DNA of 64,000 nt from a bacterium (GTDB lineage: Bacteria > SAR324 > JACQKK01), in contig OZ251219.1 of the NCBI GenBank assembly GCA_965240465.1, forward strand, positions 960,001 to 1,024,000, given 5' to 3'. The notes under the pieces are model-generated. The model ran no database searches. It was given only the letters and a program-made list of their open reading frames with translations, and was not told where the DNA came from. Below, piece by piece: positions 59,221 to 64,000 of this stretch (positions are counted from its first letter, which is position 1; each line of letters starts with the position of its first letter). Both the position numbers and the translations under genes were made by a program.

Positions 59221-59589
59221 ATGAAAGATTTGGAAGCAAAAAAGAACAAAGCCAAAGAGTTATTAAAAGAGGTACGCAGTCTTGCCAAGCGAGGCTTTAA
59301 TCAAGGTGAAATTTTAGATAAATTAGGCTTTAAGAATCCATTCACCCTCAATAACCATTTAGTAAAAGCTTCTCAGCTGGCAAAGATTCCCATTCCTCAA
59401 TTTGCTCAGCGACAAAAAGAAGGAGCTAAAAGAGAGGAATATGCCGAAGTTCGCCGCCGCGGCAAGGGCAACGCCTTTGGAGTAAATATTCCTCAAGAAC
59501 CACTAGAACGAGCAGGATTCACAGCTGGTGATAAGGTTCGCATCAAGGTAAGAAAACTGGCGGTTACCATTTCTAAGCTAGAAAAATAA
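59221..59589 (+). CDS. Small basic protein with C-terminal AbrB/MazE/SpoVT-like DNA-binding domain
   Basis: VRRRGKGNAFGVNIPQEPLERAGFTAGDKVRIKV fits the swapped-hairpin pattern. AAGGAAGG RBS upstream. Confidence 0.65.
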   Translation: MKDLEAKKNKAKELLKEVRSLAKRGFNQGEILDKLGFKNPFTLNNHLVKASQLAKIPIPQFAQRQKEGAKREEYAEVRRRGKGNAFGVNIPQEPLERAGFTAGDKVRIKVRKLAVTISKLEK

Positions 59590-59626
59590 ACAGGCTGCTG
59601 TTATTTTCCATACCTTGCCTGTACGA

Positions 59627-60304
59627 TTAATCTTTCTGAGCCTTCTCTCGCTGATGTTGAAGCATAATTCTGCGTACATCGGTTGCTAAGCCTCCCAGCT
59701 TTTGGGCGTGCAATATATCATGCCCAGATACCCGCGGAGGATGGGCTTTTATCACCAACACTCGGCGACGCTCCTCTGGTACTCCTAGCGAAAGATACCA
59801 CTCTTGCAGAGCACTAAGAGATTGATGCAGTCGGCGGACTGACTGGGATTTAGAGGTAGATGGTCTGGGAATCACAATCAAATTAACAGAGCATGCTAAT
59901 TCTTGGGCACCACTCCAGTTAGGAAAACCACGTAAAGCATCTTCTCCTAGGACCCAGTGCCAGCGTACACCCGGGGCAAGTTTTTTCAGCTTCCTAAAAG
60001 TGTCCAGGCTGTATGAGGTATCGCTTTGCTTTATCTCTTCCTCCCAAAGCTGTACCCCCGGCAAGCGTCCAACGACAACCCGTAGCATCTTCAAGCGTAG
60101 TGCTGCAGGTAAATAATCATCTTTGTGTTTCCAAGGCGAACAACCAGTAGGCACTACCAAAAGCTGGTCTACATCTATTAACTGACTGACCTGCTCCATT
60201 ATAAATTCATGACCCAAATGCACTGGATTAAAAGAACCTCCAAATACCGCCCACCTAGGTTGCCTCCCGAGCACCTTTAATTGAGGAATGTGTAATGTAG
60301 CCAC
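59627..60304 (-). CDS. nadD: Nicotinate-nucleotide adenylyltransferase
   Basis: FGGSFNPVHLGH, SPWK, SYSLDT and LGEDAL. Confidence 0.88.
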   Translation of the reverse strand: MATLHIPQLKVLGRQPRWAVFGGSFNPVHLGHEFIMEQVSQLIDVDQLLVVPTGCSPWKHKDDYLPAALRLKMLRVVVGRLPGVQLWEEEIKQSDTSYSLDTFRKLKKLAPGVRWHWVLGEDALRGFPNWSGAQELACSVNLIVIPRPSTSKSQSVRRLHQSLSALQEWYLSLGVPEERRRVLVIKAHPPRVSGHDILHAQKLGGLATDVRRIMLQHQREKAQKD

Positions 60305-60458
60305 CTGTCATAACCTTCTGAATAGAATTATAATACGTTCTACTGAAAAATTGAGATCTTTTGTCGGAGTACAGAGTTATCTTTGGTTTTAGAACAGGGA
60401 TAATATACAATGAGGCTATCTTTGGTAAAAATGTAATTCTTTTAGAGAAATTTGACCG

Positions 60459-60719
60459 ATGGATGAGTCCCAAAAAAAAGAGGTGAATGTGCGTCCTCAC
60501 TCGGTACGCCCCCTGTGGTTGAGTAATGAACGATGGCAAGAGTTGGTGTCGCGGACAAAGCCGAGCTGGAGCATGTGTGCTTCAGAAGAGGAATGGCTGG
60601 CAAAGCTAAAATATTTGCGAGCTGGGCAGGACAAGTTAAGCGATTCTGATTTCCAAGAGCGTGAACTGCGTTTGGTGCGGGCTTGGGTGATGCGTCCTGG
60701 GGCTAGGGCTAGGCGGTAA
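60459..60719 (+). CDS. Small hypothetical protein
   Basis: 86-aa ORF with ATG start, directly upstream of the lolC/E-like gene. Confidence 0.55.
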   Translation: MDESQKKEVNVRPHSVRPLWLSNERWQELVSRTKPSWSMCASEEEWLAKLKYLRAGQDKLSDSDFQERELRLVRAWVMRPGARARR

Positions 60720-60747
60720 TTTTATAGCAGAGAGAGGAAGCCTCAGC

Positions 60748-61956
60748 ATGAAATTATCTGCTTATATCGGTTGGCGGTTCTTACGTTCTAAGCGTGAGCA
60801 TCGCATGCTGGGTTTGCTAGCTTGGGTATCCTTGGGGGGGGTGATGTTGGGGGTAGCTGCATTGGTGGTCAGTACCACTGTGTTGGAGAGTTTTAGGCAT
60901 CAGTTACTGGAATCTACTTTTGGCATAAATGGTCATGCTTGGGTTAAGAGCCAAGCACCTTTCAGTCTCACAGAAGCGGAAGTTTTAAGTCGCAGGCTGA
61001 ATGAACTTGATGAAGTACGCTCTGCAGAACCTTATGTGTTACGGGAGGCTTTTTTGCAGAGAAAAAGCGGAGGTTTTCAAGCAGTACAATTGCGAGGGCT
61101 ACAAGCAGTACAATTCCGAGAATTGCAGCTAGAGCAACAGGGGCAGGCATTGGCTGAGGCAGGCAAATCAAAAGAGCTGGCGGCTAGTGATTCTGGCAGT
61201 GTTCTACTTAGTGTCCCATTAGCACAACAATTGGAGCTGGGTAGAGGTGATTCTCTACGCCTAATTTCTACCACCACTCGGGTGAGTCCACTGGGACCGC
61301 TACCCTTTATCAAGCAATTTAGCTTTGCAGGGGTGATTGACACTGGAACTGAAGAGGAATTAGCAGTTATATCGCTACAAGATGCTCGTATGCTTTATGG
61401 GCTGGGAGAACGCGTGGATGGAGTAGCTTTGCAATTGGAAGAACCTTTGGAAGTGGATCTAAAGCCCCTGAAATTTATTGCCTTGGGCTATCAAGTTAGT
61501 TCTTGGGCTGATGTTCACAAAGCCCTGTTTCAGGTGATGAAGTTGGAACGATTGGGTTTGTGGTTGGTATTATCATTGATTGTTTTGGTGAGTTTGGTTA
61601 ACATTTCGGCTTCTTTGGCAATGATGGTTCAAGAGAAACGGGGTGCCTTGGCGGTGTTGACCACCTTGGGTGGAAGTCAATCTTTGGTGGGCGGAGTATT
61701 TGTACGGCAGGGAATATGGATTGGCTTGGTGGGGAGTATGGGCGGCTTGGCTTTGGGAATGTTGTTCAGTGCGGGGTTTGTCGCTTGGACGAATGCTTAT
61801 TTGAGAGAATCCTTTTCGGAGTTATCTCTCAGCTGGGACTGGTGGAGCATGGCTGGGCTGGCAACTGCAGTGATGGCATTGAGTATCCTAACGGGAGTCT
61901 GGACCGCTAGGCAGGCCATGCACACCCAGCCTGCCGATGTTTTGCGGGAGTACTAG
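60748..61956 (+). CDS. LolC/E (FtsX-like) lipoprotein-releasing ABC permease
   Basis: YIGWRFLRSKR, GVMLGVAALVV, VQEKRGALAVLTTLG and PADVLR. Confidence 0.85.
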   Translation: MKLSAYIGWRFLRSKREHRMLGLLAWVSLGGVMLGVAALVVSTTVLESFRHQLLESTFGINGHAWVKSQAPFSLTEAEVLSRRLNELDEVRSAEPYVLREAFLQRKSGGFQAVQLRGLQAVQFRELQLEQQGQALAEAGKSKELAASDSGSVLLSVPLAQQLELGRGDSLRLISTTTRVSPLGPLPFIKQFSFAGVIDTGTEEELAVISLQDARMLYGLGERVDGVALQLEEPLEVDLKPLKFIALGYQVSSWADVHKALFQVMKLERLGLWLVLSLIVLVSLVNISASLAMMVQEKRGALAVLTTLGGSQSLVGGVFVRQGIWIGLVGSMGGLALGMLFSAGFVAWTNAYLRESFSELSLSWDWWSMAGLATAVMALSILTGVWTARQAMHTQPADVLREY

Positions 61957-61972
61957 CTCATTATAATGCTAA

Positions 61973-63610
61973 TTAACGGGTGATCTGGGAGTAAAAATTA
62001 TTACCCTTGTCATCAATTACGATAAAGGCGGGGAAGTTTTCTACTTCAATTTCCCATACGGCTTCCATGCCCAGTTCGGGAAAATCCAGTTGTCGCACCG
62101 AGCGAATGTGCTCTTTAGCCAGCAAGGCAGCTGGTCCACCCATAGAACCTAAGTAAAATCCCCCGTACTTTTTACAGGCTTCAATTACCTGATGAGAACG
62201 ATTACCCTTGGCTAACATAATTAAAGATGCTCCTTGCGATTGCAGTATCTCTACATAATCATCCATGCGTCCTGCGGTGGTAGGACCAAAACTACCCGAG
62301 GGGTATCCTTTAGGAGTTTTAGCTGGACCCGCATAATAGATAGGATACTTCTTTAGGTAGGCAGGCAAATCTTGACCGCTCTCCAGTAGCTGGCGAAAAC
62401 GTGCGTGAGCGATATCGCGTGCTACCACCAGCTTGCCAGTTAGGTTCACCCGTGTTTTAACGGGATATTTGCTCAGGATACTTAAGATATTTTTCATGGG
62501 CTGATCAAGACTTATATTGACCGCTAAGGATTCATCTATTTTTACGGATTGAGGCAGAAAACGAGCTGGGTCTTTATCCAGCTGCTCTAAAAAAACACCG
62601 TCTGCAGTGATTTTCCCCTTAATGTTTCTATCAGCACTGCAGCTGACTCCCAGCCCCACCGGTAATGATGCCCCATGACGAGGCAAACGCACCACCCGAG
62701 CACTATGAGCAAAGTACTTGCCTCCGAATTGGGCTCCAATTCCTATTTCACGGGATAATTCTAGCATGACCTTCTCAAATTCCAAGTCCCGAAAGCCATA
62801 GCTATCCTTAGAACTACTGGTGGGGAGCTCATCTAAAAATCCTGCCGAAGCCAGAGTGAGTGTTTTCATGGTGTTCTCAGCACTGGTACCACCAATCACC
62901 AAGGCTAAGTGATAAGGAGGACAAGCCGAAGTTCCTAGCCGACTAATCTGCAATTTTACCCATTTTGGTAGTCGCTCGGGAGATAAAATGGCCATGGTTT
63001 CCTGAAATAGGAGCATCTTGTTGGCAGAGCCACCGCCCTTGGCCATAAACAAAAACCGATATTCATCTCCTGCTGTAGCTAGTAAATCAATTTGTGCTGG
63101 TAGATTGGTGCGAGTATTTTTTTCATCGTACATGGAAAGAGGCACATTCTGTGAGTAACGCAAGTATTCCTGTTGGTAGGTAGTATAAATACCACGGCTA
63201 AGGGCGATGGCATCATCAGAATCAGTCCACACTTGCTGACCTTTCAAGCCAAACACCTTCGCGGTGCCGGTGTCTTGACAGCTAGGTAGCTTGCGGTCTG
63301 CGGCAATCACTGCATTTTTCAGCAGTGCTAGGGCTAGATAATGGTCGTTATCGGAGGCTTCATTGTCATCAAGTATCCGCCGTAGGTCTTTTAGATGCTG
63401 GGTACGGTAGAAATAATTCACCTCACTCAGAGCAGTCTTAGCCAAAATTTCCAGTGCTTTTTCAGAGACCTTTATAATAGGTTGATTTCCAAATTCGGTT
63501 ACAGAGATCCCTTCACGCGTCAAACAGCGATAAGAAGTGCTGTCAGTTTTGAGAGTGTAAAGAGGGGTGTAATGAAAATCCTTGTTAGCAGTAGAAGAAG
63601 AGGCACTCAT
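61973..63610 (-). CDS. fumA: Class I fumarate hydratase (Fe-S)
   Basis: [32 protein letters not shown] and GPTTAGRMD. Probable ATG at 63610. Confidence 0.93.
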   Translation of the reverse strand: MSASSSTANKDFHYTPLYTLKTDSTSYRCLTREGISVTEFGNQPIIKVSEKALEILAKTALSEVNYFYRTQHLKDLRRILDDNEASDNDHYLALALLKNAVIAADRKLPSCQDTGTAKVFGLKGQQVWTDSDDAIALSRGIYTTYQQEYLRYSQNVPLSMYDEKNTRTNLPAQIDLLATAGDEYRFLFMAKGGGSANKMLLFQETMAILSPERLPKWVKLQISRLGTSACPPYHLALVIGGTSAENTMKTLTLASAGFLDELPTSSSKDSYGFRDLEFEKVMLELSREIGIGAQFGGKYFAHSARVVRLPRHGASLPVGLGVSCSADRNIKGKITADGVFLEQLDKDPARFLPQSVKIDESLAVNISLDQPMKNILSILSKYPVKTRVNLTGKLVVARDIAHARFRQLLESGQDLPAYLKKYPIYYAGPAKTPKGYPSGSFGPTTAGRMDDYVEILQSQGASLIMLAKGNRSHQVIEACKKYGGFYLGSMGGPAALLAKEHIRSVRQLDFPELGMEAVWEIEVENFPAFIVIDDKGNNFYSQITR

Positions 63611-63692
63611 AGCGGTTACTCCGATAAATGGCAGAGGCTGAAATGGCAGAGTCACGAAATGGCAAGGGATTTTATACCGAGGGTCGGGTTAA

Positions 63693-64000
63693 TTATTTTT
63701 TAATGCCCTGAGTACCAGAAAATCGCTTGCGGATATAAGCACGATATTTCTTGTGCTGAATGATCAGTAAGGAATCTTCTGCTTGTAGGCAGTCTTCTCC
63801 TCGGGGTAGGAAGATTTTTCCATTACGGCAGATCGCCCCTACCAAAACTTCTTTAGGTAGTTTTAATTGATGAAGAGGGATGTTTAGGTAATTCTGACTA
63901 GATTGCAGGCAGATTTCTAGTAATTCAATATCGCTGTTTTCCAAGGATAAATAATTTTGCAAATTACGCCCCCGCAGATATTGTAGGATCTTCATGGCAG
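63693..64000 (-). CDS. TrkA-like potassium transporter subunit, C-terminal RCK_C domain (5' truncated by window edge)
   Basis: PLHQLKLPKEVLVGAICRNGKIFLPRGEDCLQAEDSL. Confidence 0.7.
   Translation of the reverse strand, partial: AMKILQYLRGRNLQNYLSLENSDIELLEICLQSSQNYLNIPLHQLKLPKEVLVGAICRNGKIFLPRGEDCLQAEDSLLIIQHKKYRAYIRKRFSGTQGIKK

Overview
A 64-kb piece of bacterial chromosome, mostly housekeeping genes. The proteins look deltaproteobacterial/SAR324-like, but that is a low-confidence impression. Contents: ECF transporter plus TonB/TonB-dependent receptor interrupted by a restriction-modification island, efp, hemJ, aroA, cysteine desulfurase, lpoB, the rpsP-rimM-trmD-rplS-rnhB/yraN operon, hisS, an unusual rpsT-rplC pair, era, selA, rsgA, transaldolase, pcnB, dnaE, sucAB, pyrB, holA, icd, a peptide ABC transporter, an Sdh1-type succinate dehydrogenase, egtBD, nadD, lolC/E and fumarase. 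I found no rRNA, tRNA, CRISPR array or transposase. The most striking feature is not a gene. The + strand shows a kb-scale sawtooth, G/T-rich at the left of each domain and C/A-rich at the right, which resets abruptly regardless of gene orientation. Strand-asymmetric tandem-repeat arrays often sit at the reset points. One reset (27.9-31.1 kb) has an AT-rich tract, a G-quadruplex-like array, an orphan protein with a possible Rep/TrfA-like winged-helix C-terminus, and a candidate structured ncRNA with GGA loops. All family assignments come from recognising motifs by eye; no database searches were run.
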